Source: Anaerolineae bacterium (lineage in GTDB: Bacteria > Chloroflexota > Anaerolineae > JAAEKA01). From it: 64,000 bases of DNA. The notes under the pieces are model-generated. The model saw only the letters and a program-made list of their open reading frames with translations. It did not search any database and was not told where the DNA came from. The DNA is taken from assembly GCA_049294015.1 (NCBI GenBank), contig JBAQCH010000033.1:25049-89048 (forward strand), written 5' to 3'. A program made the translations under genes and the position numbers. This document shows, in pieces, positions 10,039 through 19,089 of the stretch (position 1 is the stretch's first letter; each line of letters begins with the position of its first letter).

Positions 10039-10085
10039 GGCGCTGCTGCACTGGCCGTCAGGCAACAAGCCACTTCCTTCATTCC

Positions 10086-11066
10086 ATGAGCACATCCATG
10101 TCCCTACCAATCGATGTCTCGGTGCTGATCCCAGCGCTCAACGAGGCCGGCAACATCCCAACGCTGCTGGACAAGGTCGCTAACGCCTTCGCCAGCCCCA
10201 CGCTGGCCGGCCGCGCCTGCGAGCTGGTGCTGGTCGACGACGGCTCCAGCGACGGCACGGGCGACCTGGCAGCCAGCCTCGCCCAGGACTACCCCTTCCT
10301 GCGCCTGCTGCGCCACCGCCGCAACCGCGGCCTGACGGCTGCCCTGCGCACCGGCTTCCGCGCCGTGCGCGGCGAGTGGATTGTTTTCTTGCCGGCCGAT
10401 CTGGAATCGGACCCCGAGGAGGACATCCCCAAGCTGCTGGCCAAGCTGGAAGAGGGCTATGACGTGGTGGCTGGTTGGCGCCAGGGCCGCGACGATGGCA
10501 AGGTCTTCGCCTCGGGCATCTACAACCGCGTCTCGCAGCGTCTGTTCCCCGTGGCCGTCCACGACATGAACTGGATCAAGGCCTTCCGCCGCGAGGTAAT
10601 CGAGTCGCTGCCGCCGCTGCGCTCTGACTGGCACCGCTTCCTCTTGCAGATCGCGGCCTACCAGGGCTTCCGCATCGGTGAGGTGCCCACCACCTGGTAC
10701 CGCCGTCAGGCCGGCCGTTCCAAGTATGGCCTGGGTCGGATTCCCGTCTCTTTCCTGGACGTGTTGGTGGTCAGGTTCTTGCTGACCTTCAGCCAGGCGC
10801 CGATGCGCTTCTTTGGCGGCATGGGCTTGGCCCTGCTGGCCGTGGCCGGCATCACCTATGTGGGCCTGGCTGCCTACTACCTCTTCGCACAGACCCAGAT
10901 CCGGCCGGTGTTCATCACCGCCAGCGTGCTGGGGCTGGGCGGCCTGCTGCTGATCCTGATCGGCTTCGTGGCTGAGCTGATCGTCAGCCAGAGCGAGCAG
11001 ATCCGGGAGTTAGAGTTGGATCTTCGCAGCCTGCAACTACAGCGCAGCGCAGACCCAGGGGAGTAG
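10086..11066 (+). CDS. family 2 glycosyltransferase (polyprenyl-phosphate sugar synthase-like) with C-terminal TM helices
   Basis: VLIPALNEAGNI, LVDDGSSDGT, NRGLTAAL; C-terminal hydrophobic segments. Confidence 0.85.
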   Translation: MSTSMSLPIDVSVLIPALNEAGNIPTLLDKVANAFASPTLAGRACELVLVDDGSSDGTGDLAASLAQDYPFLRLLRHRRNRGLTAALRTGFRAVRGEWIVFLPADLESDPEEDIPKLLAKLEEGYDVVAGWRQGRDDGKVFASGIYNRVSQRLFPVAVHDMNWIKAFRREVIESLPPLRSDWHRFLLQIAAYQGFRIGEVPTTWYRRQAGRSKYGLGRIPVSFLDVLVVRFLLTFSQAPMRFFGGMGLALLAVAGITYVGLAAYYLFAQTQIRPVFITASVLGLGGLLLILIGFVAELIVSQSEQIRELELDLRSLQLQRSADPGE

Positions 11067-11080
11067 GGCCGGCGCAGGTC

Positions 11081-12247
11081 ATGACAAAAGTTCTCATCGT
11101 TACCACCAACTTTCCGCGTTGGGAGGGCGACCCGCACTCACCCTGGCTGGTGGAGTTGCTCACCCTGCTGCGCGCGCGCGGGTTGGCCATCGAAATCCTC
11201 GCGCCCGCCTATGCTGGCCAGGGCAGCCATACGGTACACGGCTTTCGGGTGCAGCGCTTCCGCTACGCGCCAGCCCGCTGGGAGACACTGACCCACGACG
11301 AGGGTGCGCCCAACAAGATCCGTCGCAATCCCCGCTATCTGTTGCTGCTGCCAACCTATCTGCTAGGCGGCGTGCTGGCGGCCTGGCGGCTAGGCCGCGC
11401 CGGCCGCTACGATATCATTCACGTCCACTGGCCCATGCCGCAGGGCCTGCTGGGGCTGTTTGCCCGCTGGGCCGGCCGCGGCCGCCTGGTGGCCACGTTT
11501 TACGGCGCCGACCTGGTGATGGCGCGCCGCTTCAAGTTTGTCCAGCCGCTGGTGCGCGCCTTCACCCGCCGTTGTGCGGACGTGGCCGCCATCTCGTCCT
11601 TCACGGCCAGAGAGGTGGAGCGCGTGACCGGCGTCACGCCGCGCGTGATCCCGTATGGCATCGCCGTGCCGCCTGAAAGGCCGCTGACGCCCGGCCAGCC
11701 AGGCATGATACTGACTGTGGGACGTCTGATCGCGCGCAAAGGCCACGCCTACCTGATCGAGGCCCTGGCGCTGCTGGCCAGACCCGATACCCACTTGGTC
11801 ATCGTGGGCGAGGGCCACGAACGGGCGGCGCTGGAACACCAGGTGCGCGCGCTGCATCTGGAGGAGCGGGTGAGCTTCGCTGGACGCGTTTCCGACGCAG
11901 AACTCCAACGACTCTACCAGGCCTGCCAGGTCTTCGTCCTGCCGGCCATCGTCGACAGTAGCGGTGACACCGAGATGCTGGGCATGGTCTCGCTGGAGGC
12001 TATGCGCTACGGCAAGCCGGTGGTGGCCACCCGGGTAGGCGGCGTGGCCGACATCGTGCAGGACGGCGCAACGGGTCTGCTGGTAGACCAGCGCAACCCT
12101 GCCCTGCTGGCAGCGGCTATCGACCGCTTGCTGGCCGACCCCGCTCTGGCAGACGCGCTGGGGCGAGCCGGCTACGACTTCGCTCGCGACCACTTCTCCT
12201 GGGAGGCGATTATGCAGCAGACGTTGGGGCTGTATGGCCTGTCCTGA
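11081..12247 (+). CDS. family 4 (GT-B) glycosyltransferase
   Basis: RKGHAYLIEA, VLPAIVDSSGDTEMLGMVSLEAMRYGKPVVATRVGG is the typical GT4 EX7E region. Confidence 0.85.
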   Translation: MTKVLIVTTNFPRWEGDPHSPWLVELLTLLRARGLAIEILAPAYAGQGSHTVHGFRVQRFRYAPARWETLTHDEGAPNKIRRNPRYLLLLPTYLLGGVLAAWRLGRAGRYDIIHVHWPMPQGLLGLFARWAGRGRLVATFYGADLVMARRFKFVQPLVRAFTRRCADVAAISSFTAREVERVTGVTPRVIPYGIAVPPERPLTPGQPGMILTVGRLIARKGHAYLIEALALLARPDTHLVIVGEGHERAALEHQVRALHLEERVSFAGRVSDAELQRLYQACQVFVLPAIVDSSGDTEMLGMVSLEAMRYGKPVVATRVGGVADIVQDGATGLLVDQRNPALLAAAIDRLLADPALADALGRAGYDFARDHFSWEAIMQQTLGLYGLS

Positions 12248-12253
12248 CCCGTA

Positions 12254-13237
12254 TCACTCTGGCGCGCGCTCAGTCTCCTGGCCGTCGGGGCTGATGGCTT
12301 GCCGCCGCGCCATCGCCATCCCCGCCAACGCCGCCGCCAGGTCACGCAGCGCGATCAAGACCCGATAGCCCAGCGCGGCCGCGGCCGTTACCGTCACAGG
12401 CAAAACGCCGCCCAACAGCAGAGCCAGCGCCCCCTCGCGCACTCCAATGCCGGTGGGGACAAAGACCGCCAGGTAGCCGATCAGCCATGCGCCGACGAAA
12501 GCGCTGGCCAGCAGCCCCGCCGTCGACCAGTCTACCGGCGTCAGTCCATTGACAAACAAGACAAAACCCAGCCCGCTCAGCGCGTGCGCAAACAGCGCCA
12601 GCAGGAACAGCAGCGTAACATCGCTATAAGCAATGCTCAAAGGCAGCGCGGGCCGGCGCAGCAGCCTCAGCGCCAGGTTCACCAGGCGGCCAAAGATCGG
12701 GGGCGACAAGAACACTACGCTGCCTAGAATGATCAGGCCGGCCATAGCCAGATAGCTGGCGGGCAGGGCATCCTGGCGTAGCAGCAAGGCCACTGCCAGG
12801 AAGACCGCAGCGCTCAACACTTGCAGCGCCATCTCCAGCCCCATGCTGGCCGCCATCGACCGCTTGCCAGCGCCGCCGGGAGCGCTCAGGGCATAGCGTC
12901 CGGCGTACTCCCACACCCCGCCCGGCACATAGCGCGCCAACTGCGCCTGCAGCCAGATGGCCAGGCCATAGCGCCAGGTGAATCTTGTCCCCACCAAGGC
13001 CAGCGCCCGCCACCACACGGTGCCCACCAGCAGAATCTGCACCATCAGCACGGCCAAAGCCAGCAGCAAGGAGAGCCCGGAAAGCCGCCACGGGTAGCTG
13101 GCCAGTTGATCCCAGTTGTTAAGCAAAAACCGGGCCCAGAAGGCCAGGATTACCAGAACAAGCAGGCTTTGCAGCGGCTTCCAGCGGGCGCGACGCGCTG
13201 GCTGGGCGGTCGGCTGAGGTTCAGCGTTTCTTGACAT
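12254..13237 (-). CDS. flippase-like / lysylphosphatidylglycerol-synthase TM-region family membrane protein
   Basis: 327-aa polytopic ORF with the UPF0104-like pattern (YVPGGVWEYAGRY, PTGIGVREGAL). Confidence 0.65.
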   Translation of the reverse strand: MSRNAEPQPTAQPARRARWKPLQSLLVLVILAFWARFLLNNWDQLASYPWRLSGLSLLLALAVLMVQILLVGTVWWRALALVGTRFTWRYGLAIWLQAQLARYVPGGVWEYAGRYALSAPGGAGKRSMAASMGLEMALQVLSAAVFLAVALLLRQDALPASYLAMAGLIILGSVVFLSPPIFGRLVNLALRLLRRPALPLSIAYSDVTLLFLLALFAHALSGLGFVLFVNGLTPVDWSTAGLLASAFVGAWLIGYLAVFVPTGIGVREGALALLLGGVLPVTVTAAAALGYRVLIALRDLAAALAGMAMARRQAISPDGQETERAPE

Positions 13238-13397
13238 GGGTCTTTAGTTGCGGTATTGTAGCGTCTTACTAACAGAGCAGCCGCCAAGGTCCGGCGCTGT
13301 GCAGCAGAGCCTGCCGCCATGCCCATTGTACCGCCAGTCGCTGGTTTGACGAAACGGCTGTGCCTGTTCAACTTTACCGTCGGCACTGAGCCACTCT

Positions 13398-16007
13398 ATG
13401 TCACATCGAACTAGACCGACGCCGCCGCCGCGCTGGGCCAGCATCGTGTTGTGGGGGATGATCCTTGCCTTTGCCCTCTACTTCTGCGCGGTCTCGATCC
13501 GCCTGCACGATGCCCACCAGACCCACAAAGCCGACCTGGGGCAGATCGACCAGGCTATTTGGAACACCAGCCAGGGGCGCTTTGTGCAGGAGATCAAGGG
13601 CGAAGCGCTCAGCAGCCGTTTCACTGACCATGTGGAGCCAATTTTCGCCCCGGTCTCGCTGCTGTTCTGGCTGTGGGACGACGTGCGCGCGCTGTTGGTG
13701 TTGCAGGCGCTGGCGCTGGCCTTGGGGGCCTGGCCTGTCTTTCAGATCGCCTGGCTGCGCCTCGGCCTGCACTGGGGCAAGGAGCGCAGCGGTCAGCCAG
13801 GGGCACGCGCTGTCAACTATCAGGCGCTGGCCAGCCTGGCATTCGTCGTCGCTTACCTGCTCTACCCCTCATTACAGGCCGCACTGACGGCCGATTTCCA
13901 CGCCTTGCCGCTGGCCACGCCGCTGATCCTGCTGGCCTTTCTGTTCAGCGAACGACAACACTGGGGACGCTTTGCGCTCGCTGCGCTGTTGATAGCCACG
14001 GTGCAAGAGGGCGCGGCCCTGCTGACGGCCACATTGGGCCTCTATGCGCTGGCACGCGCGCTCTGGCTGCGCCGGCGCCTGGCCCCAGCGGAGCGCAGCC
14101 TCACCCGTTGGCCCGTAGCGGCCGGGACGCTGGTGCTGCTGGCCGGCCTGGCCTGGTTCTACATCGCCACCTTCGTCATCATTCCAGCCCACGCCGCCGC
14201 GGCTTACGGACTAAGCGAAAGCCCCTACGTCGCGCGCTTTGGCGCTTTGGGCGACAGCTTCGGCAGCGTGGTCAAGACCCTCCTCACCCGGCCCGGCCAG
14301 GTGCTGCGTATCGTCGCCGAGCCGCTGCGCCTGACCTACTTGCTGCGGCTGCTGGCGCCGGTCGGCTTCCTGGCGCTGGGCGGGCCAGAGATCCTGCTGC
14401 TCGGTCTGCCACTGCTGCTGGCCAACCTGCTGAGCGCCTATCCCTTCCAGTACAGCGGCCAACTGCACTACTCGGCGCCGCTGGCGGCCTTTGTCATCAT
14501 GGGGGCCATCGTCGGCAGCCAACGGTTCCGCCGCCTCAGCCGCCGCGTTGCCGTCTCGCTGCACAACCATCCCCTGTGGCGGGCGCACCGCTCCTTCGCC
14601 ATCCTCATCGCCTGGCTGCTGGCCTGGAGCATTGGCAGCCAGATCGCCTGGGGCTACACGCCCATCGGTTCCCAGTTTCGCTACGTCTGGCCCCAGATAA
14701 CCGATCACCATCGCCTGCTGGATCGCTTCAGCCAACAGATACCGGCCGGCGCGCCGTTGGCCACCATGGCCAACCTCTACCCACATTTCAGCCACCGGGA
14801 GCGTATCTACGAGTTCCCTGCCCTCGGCGACAGCGACTTTGTGCTGCTGGACCAGGCTGCGCGCAGCGGTTGGGCGATGCATCCGACCGCGCTGCGGGAC
14901 CGCGTTCAGGAACTGCTGGCAGGAGGCCAGTGGACCGTGCAAGACGCCGCCGACGGCTATCTGCTGTTGCGCCGCCAGGAAGGCAGCCCGGCGGCCAGCA
15001 TCTATGATTTGCCGGCCGATTTCTATAGCTTCGCCCAACCCGCTGCTCAGCCCCAATTCCCGCTGGACCTGGTCTTTAGCGGACCGGACGGCGCACAGAT
15101 CAAGCTACTGGGCTATGACGTACTGCCGGACTCCCAGTGGCGCAGCACGGCCTTTCGCCTCTATTGGCAGGCGCTGACGCCCCTGCCGGCCGGACTCAAC
15201 CTGCGCGCCTTCGTGGTTACACCCGACGGCCGCGAGGTGGACAGCAGCGACGAGCGCCCCTTGATCCAGCCGCTTTGGCTGCCGCCCGACCGTTGGCAGC
15301 CAGGCGAAACCGTCGTTACGGCTAAGCTGGCCTGGTACCTGCCGAAGGAATGGGCGTTGGCGGCCGGCGTCTACCAGGGCGATCGCTGGGACGATGTCGG
15401 CAGCCGCTGGCGGGTCAGCGCGAGCGAACCAGACGCGCCGCGCTTCGACTCCAACACCTGGACACCATTGGGCGCCTGGCAGTGGCAGCACAACAGCTTG
15501 CAGCCGCTCGATCCGCCAGCGTTCAGCGCGCTGGACCATACCTTCGGCGGCGACGGCTGGCTGGTGCAGTTGAGCGGCGTGAACGAGCAGACGCGAGCTG
15601 CGCCCGGCAGTCGGGCGCCCGTAACGCTGCGCTGGCAGTCGCAAGGCCCTTCGCTGCGCGACTTGACCGTCTTCCTGCACGTGCGCGACTCCCAGGGCAA
15701 CCTGATGGCCCAGGACGACTCCATGCCCACCTGGTTTGGCGTCCAGCCCACCTCACAGTGGCAGCCCGACCAGACTGTGCTAGGCGCGCACAGCATCGCC
15801 CTGCCGTCCAACCTCAAGCCGGGCGTCTATGACCTGGTGGCAGGCTGGTATTACTGGGAGACGCTGGAGCGCCTGGCATTGCTGAACGATGAGGGGCTGC
15901 CAGCCGGCGACGGCGTCGTCATCGGCAAGCTGGAGGTTGACAGCACCGCCGCTCCCCGGCCCGACCTGATCTGCGCGATCGTCCCCGAAGCCTGTGACAG
16001 CCAATAA
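13398..16007 (+). CDS. DUF2079 membrane protein with large C-terminal extracytoplasmic modules
   Basis: N-terminus HKADLGQIDQAIWNTSQGRF is typical of DUF2079; the C-terminus holds two roughly 100-aa modules also present in the next gene. Confidence 0.75.
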   Translation: MSHRTRPTPPPRWASIVLWGMILAFALYFCAVSIRLHDAHQTHKADLGQIDQAIWNTSQGRFVQEIKGEALSSRFTDHVEPIFAPVSLLFWLWDDVRALLVLQALALALGAWPVFQIAWLRLGLHWGKERSGQPGARAVNYQALASLAFVVAYLLYPSLQAALTADFHALPLATPLILLAFLFSERQHWGRFALAALLIATVQEGAALLTATLGLYALARALWLRRRLAPAERSLTRWPVAAGTLVLLAGLAWFYIATFVIIPAHAAAAYGLSESPYVARFGALGDSFGSVVKTLLTRPGQVLRIVAEPLRLTYLLRLLAPVGFLALGGPEILLLGLPLLLANLLSAYPFQYSGQLHYSAPLAAFVIMGAIVGSQRFRRLSRRVAVSLHNHPLWRAHRSFAILIAWLLAWSIGSQIAWGYTPIGSQFRYVWPQITDHHRLLDRFSQQIPAGAPLATMANLYPHFSHRERIYEFPALGDSDFVLLDQAARSGWAMHPTALRDRVQELLAGGQWTVQDAADGYLLLRRQEGSPAASIYDLPADFYSFAQPAAQPQFPLDLVFSGPDGAQIKLLGYDVLPDSQWRSTAFRLYWQALTPLPAGLNLRAFVVTPDGREVDSSDERPLIQPLWLPPDRWQPGETVVTAKLAWYLPKEWALAAGVYQGDRWDDVGSRWRVSASEPDAPRFDSNTWTPLGAWQWQHNSLQPLDPPAFSALDHTFGGDGWLVQLSGVNEQTRAAPGSRAPVTLRWQSQGPSLRDLTVFLHVRDSQGNLMAQDDSMPTWFGVQPTSQWQPDQTVLGAHSIALPSNLKPGVYDLVAGWYYWETLERLALLNDEGLPAGDGVVIGKLEVDSTAAPRPDLICAIVPEACDSQ

Positions 16008-16113
16008 CGAACGATGAATGATGAACGATGAATGATGAATCCGGAGACGTTCCTCTCCGTATGCATGACTCATCACTCATCCTTCATCGTTCATCGTTCA
16101 TCACTCATCATTT
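16008..16113. repeat. tandem-unit hairpin element, GATGAAY family
   Basis: Left arm cgaacgatgaatgatgaacgatgaatgatgaatcc, right arm gactcatcactcatccttcatcgttcatcgttcatcactcatcatttcc. It fills the whole junction between stop 16007 and ATG 16117. Confidence 0.85.
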
Positions 16114-16116
16114 CCT

Positions 16117-19008
16117 ATGCCCCCCCGCCGACTCCCCCTGTTTTTCATCCTGCTGGCCTTCGCTTTGCGCGTCTACGCGCTGGGCAGCCAGTCGCTGTGG
16201 TACGACGAGGCGGTGACGGCCCAGGTGGTGCAGCAAGGTCTGGCCGAGCTGGCCCGCTGGACGGCCGACGACATCCAGCCGCCGCTTTACTACGCGATAA
16301 CAGCCGCGTGGGTACAGGGCGCCGGGTTGAGCGAGTGGGCGTTGCGCTTCCCAGCGCTCTTTTTCGGCGTGCTGATGATCCCCCTGGCCTATGTGCTGGG
16401 CCGGCGGCTGTTCGGCCGTGTGGCGGGCAATCTGGCCGCGCTGCTGGCCGCGCTGCACCCCCTTTGGCTCTACTACAGCCAGGAAGCGCGCATGTACACC
16501 CTGCTGACGGCGCTGGGCATGCTGGCCGGCTATGCGCTGCTGCGCGTTCTGGCCGCCGGCCATAGCCAAGCTGACTACCCGAAAACGCGCTGGCGCTGGT
16601 GGGCTGTCCTCGTTTTGACAGCCAGCGCGCTGCTCTATACCCATTATTTCGCCGTTTTCTTGCTGGCAGCCTTTGGCCTGACCTTCGTGATCGCCCTGCT
16701 GGCGCAGCGCGACCTGGCCCGACGCCGGTTGGCGATCGAAGGGGCCGCGGCGGCGCTGCTGGTCAGCGTGGCCTACCTGCCCTGGCTGCCCAACGCGCTG
16801 CGCCGCTTCGGCGAGGACGCCAGCTATTGGCAGGGCGCGCTCAAGCTGGACGAAGCCCTGCGCCACATCGCGATCAGCTTCAGCAGCGGCGAGACCGTGC
16901 TAGAGCAGCAGGCTATCCCGCTGGCCTGGGCCGTCGCTGCGCTGGCGCTGGCGTGCCTGGCTGCCCTGCTGTGGACCAGTTTCCGGCTTCATCGTTCACC
17001 ATTCATCACTCAGCGTTCAGCGATCCTCTTCGTGCTGCTCTACCTGCTGGTTCCCATCGCGGGCATCCTGCTGCTGTCCACCAGCAACCCCAAGTTCAAC
17101 CCACGCTATCTGATGCTGGCCTCGCCCGGCCTGGTCCTGCTGCTGGCCGGCGGCCTCGCCCTTCCCTTCCGCCCCCAGTTAACCAATAACAATTCACCGT
17201 TCACCGTTAACCATTTCTCCCGTCTCCTTTCCCTTCTGTCCCTCGCGGCCCTCCTGGCCATCTTCGCCTTCTCGATCCGCAACTGGTTCACCGATCCGGC
17301 CTTCACCAAGGACGATTGGCGCGGCTTGGTAGCTTATGTCAATTCTGAACGACAGCCCGACGAGGCTGTGGTCCTGGTCAGCGGCCACGCCTACCCGGCC
17401 TGGCGCTACTATGCGCCCGACATCGAACCGCTGCGCCTGCCAGAGATCGAGACGCTGGACGTGAACGCCGTGCTGGGGCTGGATGCAGCAGCCACGCTCG
17501 ACACCGGGTTGGCGGGACGCCGCGGGGCCTGGCTGGTGCAGTGGCAGAACGAGGTGGTGGATCCCAACGGCGTCGTGCCCTTTCTGCTGGACACCGCGGG
17601 CGACGCCCAGCCTGCTTCGGCCAGCTTCTGGGGTCTGGGCGCACCCCTGCGCTATCGCTTCTTCGACGCCGTGCGCGCTGGCCCCGGTGCGCAGGGCATA
17701 GCCTTCCCCAGCGAGCCGCCGTTGACCGCCGCCTTCCAGGGCCAGCAACTGAACGTCAATTTCGCTAATCTGGTGGAGCTGCTAGGGTACTCGCAACCAG
17801 CTTGCGCCGAGCCATTGTGCCCCGTGTTACTCTTTTGGCGCAGTCTGGCGCCCTTGACGGGCGATCTCAAGCTGACTGCCACCCTGTTCGACCGGGCGCT
17901 GGCCGTTGAATACAGCCAGGCGCTGGACCGCCGTCTGGCCGCCTACAACTACCCCACCTTCCGCTGGCAGCCGGGCGAGGTCGTGCTGAGCCGGATCGAC
18001 ATCCCGGCCTACTTGGGTACCCCGCCCGGCGAGTACAGTCTGCGCCTGGGCATCTACGACGATGTCACTGGCCAGCCGCTGGACGTCCTCGACGCGGCCG
18101 GCGTGCCGCAAGGCCGCTGGGCCTGGCTGGCGCCAGTGATCGTCAACGACCTGGTGGTCGAGGGACCCGGCGGGCCGCCGGCCGAAAGCACGCCGCTCCT
18201 CGTTGCCCCGACAATCACCTTGCAGGGCATCCAAACTGACCGCAGCGAGGCCGAGCCAGGCGACATTATCGCCGTCGATGCCTGGTGGCAGGCGATCGCG
18301 CAGGCTGATCAAGACTACAAACTGGGCTATTACTGGATCGACCCGGCCGGCCAGGTGGCAGGCGGCGGCGGTTGGCTGGCCCCAGCCGGAGTCTCCTTTC
18401 CCACATCGCAATGGCCGCCCGGCGCCGTGGTGCTGAGCCGGCTGCGCTTCGACGCGCCGGGCGTCGACCAGCCGGGCGCGTGGACGCTGCGCCTGGGCCT
18501 GCTCGCAGCGGGCATCGAAGACGCCACGGCCGGGTTTGCCGGCTCGTCGGTCGATCTGCCGCTCAACGTACTGCCCAGCACGCGCCGCTTCAGCCCAACG
18601 GGCCCGTTCGATTTCCCCTCGGACGCCAGGTTCCAGTCCCTCGTGGATTTGTTGGGCGTGCGCGCGCCGACTCAGCCGGTGCAGCCCGGCACAGTCCTGC
18701 CTGTGACCGTCGGCTGGCTGGCGCAGCAGGCCAGCGAAACCTCCTATACCGGCTTTGTCCATCTGCTGGATCAAGACGGCCGGATCGTTGCGCAAGACGA
18801 CCACGTGCCCCAACAGGGCCGTCGTCCCACCAATACGTGGCTGAGCGGCGAGGTTGTCGAGGATGATTACGAGCTGCGCCTGCCGGCCGATCTCGCGCCG
18901 GGCCGCTACCGGCTTGTCGTCGGCCTCTACGACGCCACCACAGCCGGCCTCCCCCGCCTCGGCGCCGCTGAAGTGGGCGAAATCACCGTCCAACCCAGCA
19001 CTCCCTAA
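16117..19008 (+). CDS. GT39/ArnT-like glycosyltransferase (PMT_2 type) with C-terminal repeated modules
   Basis: SLWYDEAVTA, DIQPPLYY, multi-TM N-terminal half; three roughly 100-aa C-terminal modules. Confidence 0.8.
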   Translation: MPPRRLPLFFILLAFALRVYALGSQSLWYDEAVTAQVVQQGLAELARWTADDIQPPLYYAITAAWVQGAGLSEWALRFPALFFGVLMIPLAYVLGRRLFGRVAGNLAALLAALHPLWLYYSQEARMYTLLTALGMLAGYALLRVLAAGHSQADYPKTRWRWWAVLVLTASALLYTHYFAVFLLAAFGLTFVIALLAQRDLARRRLAIEGAAAALLVSVAYLPWLPNALRRFGEDASYWQGALKLDEALRHIAISFSSGETVLEQQAIPLAWAVAALALACLAALLWTSFRLHRSPFITQRSAILFVLLYLLVPIAGILLLSTSNPKFNPRYLMLASPGLVLLLAGGLALPFRPQLTNNNSPFTVNHFSRLLSLLSLAALLAIFAFSIRNWFTDPAFTKDDWRGLVAYVNSERQPDEAVVLVSGHAYPAWRYYAPDIEPLRLPEIETLDVNAVLGLDAAATLDTGLAGRRGAWLVQWQNEVVDPNGVVPFLLDTAGDAQPASASFWGLGAPLRYRFFDAVRAGPGAQGIAFPSEPPLTAAFQGQQLNVNFANLVELLGYSQPACAEPLCPVLLFWRSLAPLTGDLKLTATLFDRALAVEYSQALDRRLAAYNYPTFRWQPGEVVLSRIDIPAYLGTPPGEYSLRLGIYDDVTGQPLDVLDAAGVPQGRWAWLAPVIVNDLVVEGPGGPPAESTPLLVAPTITLQGIQTDRSEAEPGDIIAVDAWWQAIAQADQDYKLGYYWIDPAGQVAGGGGWLAPAGVSFPTSQWPPGAVVLSRLRFDAPGVDQPGAWTLRLGLLAAGIEDATAGFAGSSVDLPLNVLPSTRRFSPTGPFDFPSDARFQSLVDLLGVRAPTQPVQPGTVLPVTVGWLAQQASETSYTGFVHLLDQDGRIVAQDDHVPQQGRRPTNTWLSGEVVEDDYELRLPADLAPGRYRLVVGLYDATTAGLPRLGAAEVGEITVQPSTP
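16987..17022 (+). repeat. heptamer array inside the GT39-like CDS
   Basis: ttcatcg ttcacca ttcatca ctcagcg ttcagcg. 16987-17013 matches 24 of 27 nt of the intergenic arm at 16082-16108. Confidence 0.6.
17179..17220 (+). repeat. second heptamer array inside the GT39-like CDS
   Basis: ttaacca ataacaa ttcaccg ttcaccg ttaacca tttctcc (6 x 7 = 42 nt), encoding LTNNNSPFTVNHFS. Confidence 0.5.
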
Positions 19009-19018
19009 CCACCTCCTC

Positions 19019-19085
19019 CTTGTCTACTTGTCTCCTTGCCTACTTGCCTACTTGTCTACTTGCCTACTTGTCTACTTGTCTACTT
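19019..19085. repeat. direct tandem array of 8-mers CTTGYCTA (about 8 units)
   Basis: cttgtcta cttgtctc cttgccta cttgccta cttgtcta cttgccta cttgtcta cttgtcta, between convergent stops 19008 and 19090. Confidence 0.85.
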
Positions 19086-19089
19086 CCCC

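Noticed and set aside
13673-15007. 444-aa alternative-frame ORF inside the DUF2079 gene, and similar same-strand off-frame ORFs (43212-44237 in ccmF, 25263-25880 in the HTH-Sm gene, 11119-11676 in GT4)
   Set aside because: Their composition is Pro/Arg/Ala-rich and low-complexity. The main frames carry family motifs and TM helices.
19019-19085. The tandem arrays here and at the other junctions might be CRISPR arrays
   Set aside because: Units are only 7-8 nt and directly abut each other. There are no unique spacers and no cas genes in the window.
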